From assembly GCF_004010195.1 (NCBI RefSeq), contig NC_057758.1:1672490-1736489 (forward strand): a stretch of 64,000 nt of DNA. Direction: 5' to 3'. This document shows positions 49,489-61,544 of this stretch, in pieces. The translations under genes were made by a program, and so were the position numbers. The DNA comes from Chiloscyllium plagiosum. Lineage: Eukaryota. The notes beneath the pieces are model-generated. The model saw only the letters and a list, made by a program, of their open reading frames with translations, made no database searches and was not told the origin of the DNA. The stretch's first letter is position 1. The number at the start of each line of letters is the position of its first letter.

Positions 49489-49679
49489 AAGTGATACTGT
49501 AACAGGTGTGGAATCAGGAAATATAATACCTTTAATGTTTTACGCTGTGACTGAATTTGTTCTAAACAAAAGATTGGTTAAGGTTTCTTCAGCATCTGGC
49601 TAACAGAAGTATAACAACGTAACTTCTGGATATTCCGAGGAAATTTATAACCTATAAACATTTTCAAAATGTAGGTGCT

Positions 49680-51070
49680 GTTGTGTTCTCAAAGGATTGA
49701 TCATTGGCGCCCTCCTATTTGTCATCTATATGTTTGACCTTGGTAATGTCATCCAAAATCATTTCCACATGTATGCTGGCAACACCTAGCTTTATTTCAC
49801 TACCACTTATTTTACCAACACTTTGGTTGTTCCTATATTGTCAAACTGCTTATCTGACAGGCAACATTAGTTTAGTTTAGATTAGATTAGATTGAGAAGA
49901 AATTTCCTCCAACTAAATCATGGAAACACTGATGCCATTGTCAAAAGATGTTCCCTAGTCATTGGCTCTCTTTCTTGCAACTATCAGAGTCTGTCTGACC
50001 CAGGCAATTCTCAACCTGGTTTAATATTTGATTCGAAGATGAGCTTCTGACCACACATCTGTATCATCTCTCAAAGTCCATATCCACCCCCATACCGTTG
50101 CCCAATATCTTCTCAGAATTGGCCCAGCAGTGGAAAATGGTGCGTAAAGAGTGACATCTTCAACATTGGTAGGATCTGGTGTGCACAGCGGCAAGGTGGT
50201 GGAGGAAGCATGGCGGCACAGGCATTGTTGATGGTGAGCTGGCTCAGGATTGATGGACTCTCTCAGCTATATATTAGTTCTTATTCTTAAAATTATTTAA
50301 AATAGTGCCAGATTGTGACGACAGTGGAAATACTGTAAAATACACATGACAATAAAATCAACCATCTCTCCCTCCTTCCCTCCCTCCCTCCCTCCATCAA
50401 TCCATCCATCCAACTCCTCATTTAAGTTTCTGTTGCCTTACATTTGACTACTGCACCACATTCCTGGCTGGCTCCCAAGTTAAGCATTAAAATATTCCAA
50501 GCCTTGTGGTCCATCTTCTAACTCTCACCAATTTCCATTTAATTAGACCACCCACGTGCTCCTACATGGTTAGCTCCTTGTTAACTAACACTTGATTTTC
50601 ATGATTTGGAGGTGCCGCTGTTGGACTGGGGTGTACAAAGTTAAAAATCTCGCAACACCAGGTGATAGTCCAACAGGTTTATTAGCAGCACTGGCTTTCA
50701 GAGAGCTGCTCCTTCACAACCATCTGATGAAGGAGCAGCGCTCAGAAAGCTAGTGCTTCTAAATAAACCTGTTGGACAATAACCTGGTGTCGTGTGATTT
50801 TTAACTTGATTTTCAAATTCTCATCCTTTATTTTCATGCTATTATCCTTCCCTATTTTGGTAATCTTGTCCAACCCTTAGAGATATCTCCAATTTTGGCC
50901 TCTTGAGCATCCTCATATGTAAGCAAAATACTATTTTAAACACATCTCTTTGATCAATTGCCCCTAATATTTCCTTAGGTAACCCAAATTAAATTTTATT
51001 TGATATTGCTCCATCAAGTTCTTTGGAACAGTTTATTACTTTGAATGCAAGTTGTTCCAGTTGTTGTTGT
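49680..51070 (+). mobile_element. L2 LINE 3' fragment with nested insertions
   Basis: GALLFVIYMFDLGNVIQNHFHMYAGNT (YADD-like); tail aatgcaagttgtt..gttgttgttgt. Confidence 0.7.
50600..50805. mobile_element. Hairpin PLE derivative (family B) with hammerhead motif at 50721-50755
   Basis: Imperfect long inverted repeat; 12-bp TSD acttgattttca at 50590-50601 and 50804-50815; cat-CTGATGA-a-ggagc(agc)gctca-GAAA-gc-TA-gtg. Confidence 0.88.
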
Positions 51071-51219
51071 AGCAAGTGCAATTACTTTTGCATAGCACGT
51101 TCCTACAAATAAGAAATGACCAAGTTACCTGGTTTGAGGTATTAGCTGAGACACAAATGTTAGCGAAGACATTGTGAAAATTTCCCCCATCAAACAGTGG
51201 AGTGGCACCTTTTAAACAT

Positions 51220-51398
51220 CAGCTCTGGCTTAGTTGGTGGCACTTTTGCCTGAGTCAGAAGTTTGTGGGTTCTAGTCCCATTACTGGATTTGAGCACTAA
51301 ATCAAAACTGATATTCCAGTGCAGTTCTGCCGTGCTTGCTATACTGTTGGAGGTGCTGTCTTTTGGATGAGGTGCTAAACTGAGGCATTTCCTGCTAT
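51220..51398 (+). mobile_element. DeuSINE (SacSINE1-like) 5' half
   Basis: tRNA-like head ..gcctgagtcagaagtttgtgggttctagtccca and Deu-domain ggaggtgctgtcttttggatgaggtgctaaactgagg. Confidence 0.7.
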
Positions 51399-51399
51399 C

Positions 51400-52120
51400 T
51401 TGAATGCGGAATACAGGGTTAATGGTAGGGTTCTTAGTAAGGTGGAGGGGCAGAGGGATCTTGGGGTCTATGTTCATAGGTCTTTGAAAATTGCCACTCA
51501 GAAGGCCTATGGTGTATTAGCGTTCATTAGCAGAGGGATTGAATTCAAGAGTCATGAAGTGATGTTACAGCTGTACAGGACTTTGGTTAGGCCACATTTG
51601 GAGTACTGTGTGCAGTTCTGGTCGCCTCACTTTAGGAAAGATGTGGAAGCTTTGGAGAGGGTGCAGAGAAGATTTACCAGGATGTTGCCTGGAATGGATT
51701 AGGGACAGCCAGCACTGTCGTACGAGGATAGTTTGAGAATGCTAGGCTTTTTCTCTTTGGAACAGAGAAGGATGAGGGGTGACTTGATAGAGGTTTATAA
51801 GATGATCAGGGGAATAGATAGAGTAGACAATCAGAAACTTTTCCCCCGGGTACAACAGAGTGTTACAAGGGGACATAAAGTTAAGGTGAAGGGTGGAAGG
51901 TATAGGGGAGATGTCAGGGGTAGGTTCTTTACCCAGAGAGTGGTGGGGGCATGGAATGCGCTGCCTATGGGAGTGGCAGAGTCAGAATCATTGGCGAACT
52001 TTAAGTGGCAATTGGATATGTACATGGATGGGTGCTTAAGCTCGGACAAATGTTCGGCACAACATCGTGGGCCGAAGGGCCTGTTCTGTGCTGTATTGTT
52101 CTATGTTCTATGTTCTATGT
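51400..52120 (+). mobile_element. Young 5'-truncated CR1
   Basis: LYRTLVRPHLEYCVQFWSP..ERVQRRFTRML, FFTQRVVGAWNALP; (TTCTATG)n tail. Confidence 0.93.
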
Positions 52121-52174
52121 ATGAATGTGAATAAATCTCCAGGTATATCTAAGAATACTGCCAGCAGCGAGAGA

Positions 52175-53600
52175 AGAAGTTAGGAGGGCCCTGGCTGATG
52201 CTTGCGCGTCACCATTAACCATGCATGACGCCCTGGAAGACTGCAGGGTAGCAAATGTTGTGTTTTCAATCAGGAAGGGCTGAAAAGTAAACTTGGGAAT
52301 GGTAGGCCAGTAAGCCCTACATCAGTGCTAGATTAGTTCCTTAAGAGTGATCTAAGAGATGAAATATACTAGCATTTGGAATGACAAGATTGCAATAGGA
52401 GTCGTTAGCATGGCTTTAGGTGTGGGAGATCATCCCTGACAAATGTACAAATGGCTAGGCACGTTGACAAGGGCGGCATACGTATTTTAAGACCACTGAT
52501 ATGATTGTTCATGGGAGGTTGTTTTGGAAACTTATAGTGCATGGAATCTGGGGCATTTGGTAAACGGGATACACAACTGACGGTTGGAAGCAGTGGACAA
52601 CAGTGGATGGATACCTGTCGGTTTGGAGGACTGTGACTCGAGGTCATTGCTGGGTCCATGGCTGTTTGTTACCTATATCGATTATTTACATGAGAATGCA
52701 CAGGGCATTATAAGTAAGCTTGCAGATTACACTAAAACAGGCATTGTCGTGGATTGCGAGGAAAGTCATCGCAAAAAGAAGCACCATGACCAGCTGCAGA
52801 ATTTGGCGGAGAAATAGGAAATGAAATTTAATATAGATAAGTGTGAGGTCTTCCATTTTCAAAAGTCAAATCATGGCCTGAGGGGTGCTGTGGAACAGAG
52901 GGTTCTTGGAGTTCAGTTTCACGGTTCGCTGAAAGTGGATTCACAGGTCGACAGATCAGTGAAGAAGACGTTCGGAAAAGTCATCATTCAGGACCATGAA
53001 TATAGAAGTTGTGAAGTTATGTTGCAGTTCTATAGGATGTTAATGAGGCCAGAATTTGAGTGTTGTGTTCACATTTGTTCACGTTGCTAAAGGAAGCATG
53101 CTCATGGACTGGAAAGAGTGTCGGAGAATTTTACAAGGATTTTGTCAGGATTCCATTATCTGAATTGCAGTGTGAATTTAGAATAGCTGGGAATCATTTC
53201 GTTAGAGGATGGGAGACTGAGGGTGGGATCTTAGATAAGCGCATAAGATCATGAATAGCATGTTTAGGGTGAATTGACTCTTCCTTTATCCCGGGGTTGG
53301 AGAATCGAGTTCGACGGGGTTTCAGTTTAAGGCTCGAGGGGAAAGAATAGAAGGGAACCTGAGGGATTTTGTTTCAAACAAAAGGTAGTATGCATATGGA
53401 ATAAGCTGCTTGCGGAAGTGGAAGTGGTTGAGGTGGGTACATTAGCCACTTTTAAAAGCAATTTAGAGAAATGCACGAGTAGTAAATGATTAGAAGTATT
53501 TCGGCCACGGGCAGGGAAATAGGGTTCGTGTGGATGGACAGTTTGCTCGGCATGGACCAGTTTGGGCCAAAGTACCTGCCACCATGCTCTCAGACTCTAT
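52175..53600 (+). mobile_element. Old CR1 ORF2 3' part
   Basis: SLLGPWLFVTYIDYL..ISKLADYTKTG, MKFNIDKCEVFHF. Confidence 0.85.
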
Positions 53601-53614
53601 TAGGCTTCGAAGTA

Positions 53615-53659
53615 AAACAACAACAACAATAGTAACAATAGTTATAATAATAATAACAA

Positions 53660-53703
<44 letters not shown>
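53615..53703. repeat. Compound microsatellite (AAC)n/(AAT)n/(ATT)n
   Basis: Direct reading. Confidence 0.97.
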
Positions 53704-54084
53704 GTTTATCGCTTATCCCATAATGTCCATTGCCTTGCTCATCATTGTCACTCAAATGTCTATTTTAGATCTTTTTACAAAAATCACGCATGGAATATGA
53801 GCATTAGTAATTATTCGAGGGAGAGAGTGTGTGAAGAGATAAGGGAAACTAAAGAAAACGTGGAGGGAGAAGCGTCCTGAAACAGTAAAGAGACAAAAAC
53901 AAAGAGACAGCGACCACTGCCGTGTTTTGTTGCTGATATTGCCAAAGGAAGGATAATTCTTCAGTGGGGTGCAACAAGACCTGGGGGGTGGCAGACGATG
54001 GAGAGAGAAGAGGAGATCACAGAGATAGGGTCTGTCTGCAACCACTGCACTATTGTCTTCACTAACTCTCATTCCTGTTCGTTT

Positions 54085-54390
54085 ATGGGACGAAGGCGTC
54101 TCAAGCCAGCCTGCCAATTTTCTCCTAACCCTAGGAGAAAATTAGAAGCTGAAGATTGGTGGTGAGTTCCTTCTTGAGCCACTGCCATAGATAATCTGAT
54201 AATAAAATGTCAGGGAAGAAATTCCAGGATTCTGACCCGGTGAGAGAGAAGAAATGGTCAATAAATTTACAAGTCAGCGTGGAGAGTGGCTTGGAGGACA
54301 AATTTGATATGGAGTGGAGTCCTATGTCTCCACCATGGCTGTTATTCTTGATTAAATTGACCAAGTGTTTGGAAGGTGCTGTCGATTGTA
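54085..54390 (-). mobile_element. Old LINE 3' fragment (same family as 12000-12540)
   Basis: tggtggtgagttccttcttgagccactgc..ttccaggattctgacccgg. Confidence 0.55.
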
Positions 54391-56008
54391 AACTTTTTGT
54401 TACATTTCCGAGAGGTGGTAGGGGTGCATATAGTAAGGACTCTAAACTGTGATGCAATGAAGTTGGCAATTTTGGAGCTAATACCTATAATTATGCATCG
54501 AACATTTCTGAACATTGCCTCCCAATTGCAATATATTCATAGTGGTCACAATCTGAAATCAGATATATGCCACAGAATTTGAGCAACTAAGTGAACAGCC
54601 TTAATCATGATTGTAAACCAGTGTGTTAAGGCCAATTGAGGTGTGCACAACCAAGGTGGCCCCAGATGATAGAAACTGCAAATCGCTTCAGGCCCAACCT
54701 CATATGGATATTTATGTGCAGGAATTATTAAATATCATGATGGCAATAACTGAGAAACAACATGCGTTTATCGAGCAACTCGATTTCATCTTTTTTCACA
54801 TCCTCCAACTGTGCACACCCTTGCTCTTAATTGTCAATCAAGGCACAACAGCGAAAAGAGACATGAGAAGTTCATTGATGCTGGCAATCAGGAGCCGCGG
54901 ATTTCACCAAACAAAATGCGATTAACAGATGAATTGTGAAGACAAGATTTGTCTCAGCCACTGATACAATGAACATAGCATATTTCATGTGGTGGTGGGG
55001 GTGTGTTGCGGGGCTTGCAAACTGTCGATTGCAGCTATGATATTTCAGCAGCGGGAAGGGCGGTAACGTAGACCAAGGGCTGAAAGGAAGGTGAATCACT
55101 GACTTAATAACTTACCTTTAGCGTCGGGGTCCTCTACTTTTGATTCAACATCAGCAAAAGCTCCATCAAGGGGGCTGACAGGAAGATGAATCATTGATTT
55201 AAAAAAATTATGTCCAATGTGGGGGCCCTCCATTTTTGTTTCAGCAGGAGGAAGTGGGTTCGGGTCGACCAAGGGGGCTGACAGATAGGTGAATCACTGA
55301 GTTAAAAGCTTAACTTGTGAATAGGTGGAGCGCACGCTGAGAATGAGCCATCACGGGACTGCTGAGAAAAATTAAGTAATATATTTGGGTGGTTGCATTA
55401 CCTAAAACAGTACTTAGACAGTGTCTCTCACCCATGGATTTATTAATGCCCTTCGTGAGGGTTTGAAATAATTCAGCAGAAGGATGGGAACTTACACTGT
55501 TACTCCAGCATACAAGAGTGTGAGAGCATTGACGTCATAAATGAGTTTTAAAGGTGGCAAGAGTACAGCAGCAAGGAGGAAGATGGTTTGAAGGGTGTCT
55601 AATTCAACACCAGGAGTATCCAGAATAATATGGGTAAATTTGCAGCGTGGGTTGGTACCTGGGACTTCGATGTTGGAGACATTTCAGAGACATGGGTAGA
55701 GCAAGGACAGGAATGGTTGTTGAAGGTTCCTGGATTTAAATGTTTCAGTACAAACAGAGAGAGATGTAAAAGAGGCAGAGGTCTGGCATTGTTAATTAAG
55801 GACAGTAGTACGATGATAGAAAGGACGTTTGATGATCACTCGTCTCTTGAGGTAGTATGGGCTGAGAGTAGAAACGTTGGGAGTTTTCTATCTGCCTCAA
55901 AATATTTTCAGAGATGTCGAGGAACCAATAGCGAAGATAGTTGTGGAGCGAGAGTAAGTGTGTAGCTGTTATGGGGGCTTTAACTTTCTGAATATTGAAT
56001 GGGCTGTG

Positions 56009-56330
56009 GATTAGATTAGATTAGATTAGATTAGATTACTTACAGTGTGGAAACAGGCCCTTCGGCCCAACAAGTCCACACCGACCCGCCGAAGCGTAAC
56101 CCACCCATACCCCTACATTTACCCAACACTACGGGCAATTTAGCATGGCCAATTCACCTGACTTGCACATCTTTGGACTGTGGGAGGAAACCGGAGCCCC
56201 CGGAGGAAACCCACGCAGACACGGGGAGAACGTGCAAACTCCACACAGTCAGTCGCCTGAGTCGGGAATTGAACCCGGGTCTCTGGCGCTGCGAGGCAGC
56301 AGTGCTAACCACTGTGCCACCGTGCCGCCC
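56009..56330 (-). mobile_element. HE1-type V-SINE, young full-length
   Basis: (GATTA)6 tail; head on minus strand gggcggcacggtggcacagtggttagcactgctgcctc; B-box ccgggttcaattcc. Confidence 0.96.
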
Positions 56331-56991
56331 ACATAGAAACAGGGATAGAAACATGGATAGAAACAGGGAAGTAATGGTCACCCTGTGGGAGTTTTCTATG
56401 GACCTCGGAATAGTTCCAGAGATGCAGAGGAAAATATAGCAAAGAAAATTCTGGATAGGAGCGATAGTAACAGAGTAGTTATTATGGAGGACTTTAACTT
56501 GCTAAATATCATTTGGAAATACTATAGTTCGAGTACTTTAGTTGGGTCATTTTTTGTCCAATGTGTGTAGGGCGGTTTTCTGACACAGTACGTGGACAAA
56601 CCAAAAGGGGTGAGGCCCCATTGAATTTGGTGGTGGATAATGAACCGGGCCATGTGTTAGATTTGGCGTTAGGTGAGTACTTTGGTGATAGAGATGACAA
56701 TTCAAATATGTTTACTTTAGTGATGGAAAGGGACATTATTGTAACGCAGGGCACGAATTATTGCTGGGAGAAAGGCAATTGTGATGCGACTAGCTAAGAA
56801 TTAGGATGCCTAGGAGGTGAAAGGAAACTGGAGGGAATGGCATAATTTGAATGTGAAGTTTATTCAAGGAACATCTACTGCGTGTCCTTGGTAGATACAT
56901 ACTTGTCAGGCAGGAATGAAGTGGTCGAGCGAGGGAGCCGCTTTATTCGAAAGAAGTTGAAACTCTTGTCAATAAGAAGATGAAGACTTAT

Positions 56992-57303
56992 GTGGCAATT
57001 AGACACAGTGGGACAGTGGTTAGCACTGCTGCATCACAGCGCCAGAGACCCGGGTTCAATTCCCACCGCGGGCAACTGTCTGTGTGGAGTTTGCACATTC
57101 TACCTGTGCCTGCGTGTGTTTGCTCCGGTTTCCTCCCACAGCCCAAAGATGTGCAGGTTAGGCGAATTGGCTGTGCTAAATTGCCCATAGTGTTAAGTGC
57201 AGGGGTAAATGTATGGGAATGGTTCTGGGTGTGTTGCCTCTTCGGAGGGTCGGTGTGGGCTTGTTGGACCGAAGGGCCTGTTTCAACACTGTAAGCAATC
57301 TAA
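56992..57303 (+). mobile_element. HE1-type V-SINE
   Basis: cagtggttagcactgctgcatcacagcgccagagacccgggttcaattccc; V-domain; tail. Confidence 0.93.
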
Positions 57304-57813
57304 AAAAAGTTAAATTATTCGTGAATGCACAGTTGAGATGATGGAGAGTTACAACTTAGCCAGGACAGACCTAAAGAAAGAGCCAAGTAGAGCCAGGAGG
57401 GGTCATCGGATGTCGTTGGTTGATAGAATCAAGGAAAACCCTAAAACTTTCCAAAGATAGATCAGGAATGAAAGAAAGACAAGCGCAAAATTAGGGCCAA
57501 CCAAAGATAGCAGTAAGAAGTTGTGCGTGGACTCAGAGGAGATGGGAATACGCTAAATGAAAATTTTTCCTCAGTATTCATACTGCTGGAAGGCAATGTT
57601 GTTGTGGGAAATACAGACTACAAGACTAGACGCGATTGAGTTTCACAAGGAGGAAGTGTTAGCAATTCTGGAAAGTGCGAAAATAGATAAGTCCCCTGGT
57701 CCGATGGGATTAATCCTATGATTCTCTGGGAAGCCAGAGAGGATATTACAGAGCTTTCGGTTTTGATCTTTTTGTCGTCACAGTATAAAGGAGTAGTGCC
57801 AGAAGACTTGACA

Positions 57814-58113
57814 ACACCGCTGCCTCACAGCGCCAGAGACGCAGGTTCAACTCCCGCCTCAGGCGACTCTCTGTGTGGAGTTTGCACATTATCCCCGTGT
57901 CTGCGTGGGTTTCCTCCGGGTGCTCCGGTTTCATCCCACAATCCAAAAAAAAAAATCTGCAGGTTAGGTGAATTGGCCATGCTAAATTGCCCGTAGTGTT
58001 AGCTGAAGGGGTAAATGTAGGAGTATGGTATGGTATATGCTTCGGCGGGTCGGTGTGGATTTGTTGGGCCGAAGGGCCTGTTTCCACACTGTAAGTAATC
58101 TAATCTAATCTAA
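57814..58113 (+). mobile_element. HE1-type V-SINE, 5'-truncated
   Basis: gctgcctcacagcgccagagac...gtaagtaatctaatctaatctaa. Confidence 0.93.
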
Positions 58114-59654
58114 TAAAACAGCAAATGAGGAGTAACGACAATCATTTTAATTATATACCAGCAAGCCTTACTTTGGTGGAGGGCAAAATATTGGAAAAGG
58201 TTATAAGATAGGACGTATTTCGAACTCGAGAGGAAGAAGTTCATTAGGGATAGTCAACACGGTTTTGTGAAAGGTAGGTCGTGCCTCATAAACCGTTGAA
58301 TTCTTTTAGATGGTGACCAAACAGGTGGATGAGGGTGAAGCAGTTTATCTCATACATACGGATTGCAGTAGGGCATGTGATAAGTTTCCCCAGGGTAGGT
58401 TATCGCAAAAAAACAAGAGGAGGCAAGGAATGGAGGGTGATTTAACGGCTTGGATGAGAAATTCGCTAGCTGAAAGAAGACGGAGGTGGTGGTTGATGGG
58501 AAATGTTCATCCTGGAGTTCAGTTACTCGTGGTGTACCGCAAGGATCTGTTTTGGGGCCATTGCTGTTTGTCATTTCTATAAGCGACAGAGATGAGGGCG
58601 TAGAAATATGGGTTAGTAAATTTGCTGATGACACTAATGTCAGTGGAGTTGTGGATAGTGCTGAAGGATGCTGCAGATTATAAAGGGACATATATAAGCT
58701 GCAGAGCTGCGCTGAGAGATGGAAAATGGAATTGAAAGTAGAACGGTGTTAGGTGTTTCAGTTTGAACGGAGCAACAGGAAAAATGTGCACTGGGCTAAT
58801 GGTATGATTCTTGCTAGTTTAGATGAGCAGAGAAATCTCGGTGTCCGTGTACATAGATCCCTGAAAGTGGCCACCCAGGTTAATAGGATTGTTAAGAAGG
58901 CATACGGTCTGTTAGCTTTCATTGGTGGAGGGATTTAGTTTGGAGCCACGAGGTCATTCTGCAGCTTTACAAAACTCTGATGTGGCGGAATTTGAAGTAT
59001 TGTATATAGTTCTGGTCACTACACTATAGGAAGGTTCTGGAGGCTTTGGAAAGGGTTCAGAGGAGATTTGATAGGATGTTGCCTGGTATGGAGGGAAGGT
59101 ATTATGAGGAAAGGCTGAGGGACCTGAGGCTATTTTCGTTAGAGACAAGAAGGTGGAGACGTGACTGAATTGAAACATAAAAGATGATCAGAGAGTGAGA
59201 TAAAGTGGGCAGTGAGAGCCTTTTTCTTCAGATATTAATGCTAGCACGAGGAGTAATAGCTTCAAATAGAAGGGTAATAGATATATTTCAGATGTCAGAG
59301 GTAGTTTCTTCACTCAGAGAGTAGTAAGGGCATAAACACATTGCCTGCAGCAGTAGTAGACTCGCCAACTTTAAATGGTAATTGCATTACCATATAGATG
59401 AGAATGGAATAGCGTTAGAGAGATAGGCTTCAGATTGGTTCCATGATTTGGCGCAACATCAACGGTCGAAGGGCCGTTGCGCTATAGTGTGTAATGTTGT
59501 ATGTGGTCCAGGATAGGTCATTCGTGGATATTCATTGAATCTGATACTCTGAAGGATACACGATGCTGTCTCCATCTTTTCCAAATTAAAGAAAACAGCA
59601 CAAAACGTTGCAGAATTGAACTGGACGGCTCATTCGTGGAACATGTGTTGGATT

Positions 59655-60000
59655 GGTGCGACTATTACTGGACACAAAATCCAGTACCACCAAGCTCATT
59701 ATCTGAGGGCCTGTCTTTGTATCTCACCATGGCGAATGATAAAATTTGAATCATATTCAAGCAGTATAATGTCAACTATGAAATATTGTTGATCAACATT
59801 CTGTTTGTGGGTAGCAGGGCTGGAGCATTTTTCATGGAAAGAATGTCGACTTTCAAAATGTCCTTCAGGAAAAGAAACCTGTTATCCTTACTTGGTCTGG
59901 TTTATATTTGAGTCCAGACTCACAGGAATGCGGTTCACTCTTAAGAGCCCTATGGATAATTAAGGTTCAGGAATAAATGCTGACTTTGCGAGCGCCGCTT
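59655..60000 (+). mobile_element. Old shark SINE (same family as 7230-7512)
   Basis: atgtccttcaggaaaagaaacctgttatccttacttggtctgg..tccagactcacaggaatgcggttcactcttaag. Confidence 0.65.
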
Positions 60001-60569
60001 GTGTTGTGTGAACAATTATTGCACACTTGAACGAATTGATTATAAGCATGCTTCATTCTGAAGCAAGTCGAATGAATTTTGTTCCTAAGGAGAATGAATA
60101 ACCTGAAAATGCCTTTCTGAATGTATGGAAGTTATTATGGCAGTCATGTAGTTAACTTAATGTTGCAACGTATGTCCGGGATCATGTTACAGCATCCAGG
60201 TAGTGGTAGTGCATTGTGAAGAATAGTTCAATCACTGGGACGTTAGCTACTGTGGAAGATGTTGGTGTTGTAATGTGATAGGCTAAGTGTGATGGAGCGA
60301 ACCAGTGTGGCAGACGATGATTAGTTTAGAAAGATACAGCAAGCCAGCACAATTGGCTATGTTAATATTAGCCGATAGGCGCGAGTACAACAAATTGTAT
60401 AAACTGGAGGAGAACAAAGAAATTGTGCGCAGTCATTTTTCTGGCTGCCACAGCTTTGATTTTGCAAGATGACTGTTTAACTTCGTGAGGGATTTTCTGT
60501 GTCTCTTGTCTTTATTTACAGAACATTGAGTGATTCTTCCACAACAAAGTTGTGGAGGTCATTTGAGGA

Positions 60570-60970
60570 GAGATGGATATTTCATTCCTTCATTTGCAGT
60601 ACCTGGCTCTACCATTACAAAAAACCATGAAGAACAGTACAGCTCTCAGCATCCACTGACTATTTTTTGCTGCGCTATGAGCTACCTGGTGAATGAATGC
60701 TTTTAGATGACAACACAGGGTATCCTGCAGTTAATAATGGAAAGAAAGCCAAGCACAACATGGACAGAATAAATGAAATTATGGCCGTTCTGGACACTGG
60801 GTAGGTATTGGTGCCAGATCACTGTGGGTAAATTCTCGAGGTCTGCTTCCAAATATGCTTCTGAATTGGAGTTCAGTCACCAGGAGAGATACATCGAATG
60901 GAAGTGGGAGAAGGCTGAGATGGAGAAAGAGGACAATGTCATTCAGTATTGGTTGTGTACCCTGCATGCG
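60570..60970 (+). mobile_element. Possible highly decayed PIF/Harbinger transposase remnant
   Basis: Across frames: FHSFI, MLLDDNTGYP, LEVCFQ, CTLH occur in the order of Harbinger GFHSLN / WLLGDxGYP / LKxRFR / CCxLHN. Confidence 0.3.
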
Positions 60971-61544
60971 AAAGTGAGCTGGAAGCTCGTTTAGTCATGC
61001 CACGCAACGTTTCTGTAGATATACATTCGGAAAGGAAAGTCACAGCAAAACCAATCGGAAAAGCGAAATTTATTTAGATGCTATTGTTAATGTATAAACA
61101 AAGACAGCAGAATTTAGTTACAAGGTTTGGAAAACTTAGCAGAATAAGCGATACACAGTAACTGTAATAAAAATAAAAAGACTGTTCCAGTACACATAAA
61201 ATCCCTTGCACACAGTCCTCGGCAGAAAAGGAAAATTCAGAAATGGATTCACACATGATTTTGCCCATCTAGGAGGAAACAAATAAATTCATAGAAATTT
61301 CAAAGAGTAGTACCCAGGAGATCTTCTCTGAAACTTCCAGTCTTGTTGGCAACCACTGAAAGCTACACTGAAAAACCTAAAACCCAGAAATCCTGATCTG
61401 TGAGATCTGGCAACATCCATTCAGACTATTAAACAACTCCAGACCTCCTAGCCTGTTGACTCGTGTCGTTGTAGTCGCCTTCTCGTCGCCTTGTCTTCGA
61501 ACCAACCTTAAAAAAAACAGAGAAAATAATTTCTCAAAATCACA

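Larger units (their letters stand above)
55030..59500 (+). mobile_element. Degenerate CR1 (probable 5'UTR repeats, ORF1 largely deleted, ORF2 APE-RT, tail) carrying three HE1 SINEs
   Basis: WDFDVGDISETW..VPGFKCF, GVPQGSVLGPLLFVI..VSKFADDT; tail about 59450-59500. Confidence 0.85.

Noticed and set aside
53530..53880. ORF with poly-Thr/Ile/Leu resembling a transmembrane protein
   Set aside because: Translation of the AAC/AAT/ATT microsatellite
56255..56330. tRNA-like sequences at SINE heads (also 3753, 30540, 49367, 51220, 56992)
   Set aside because: They continue into SINE bodies and are not stand-alone tRNA genes
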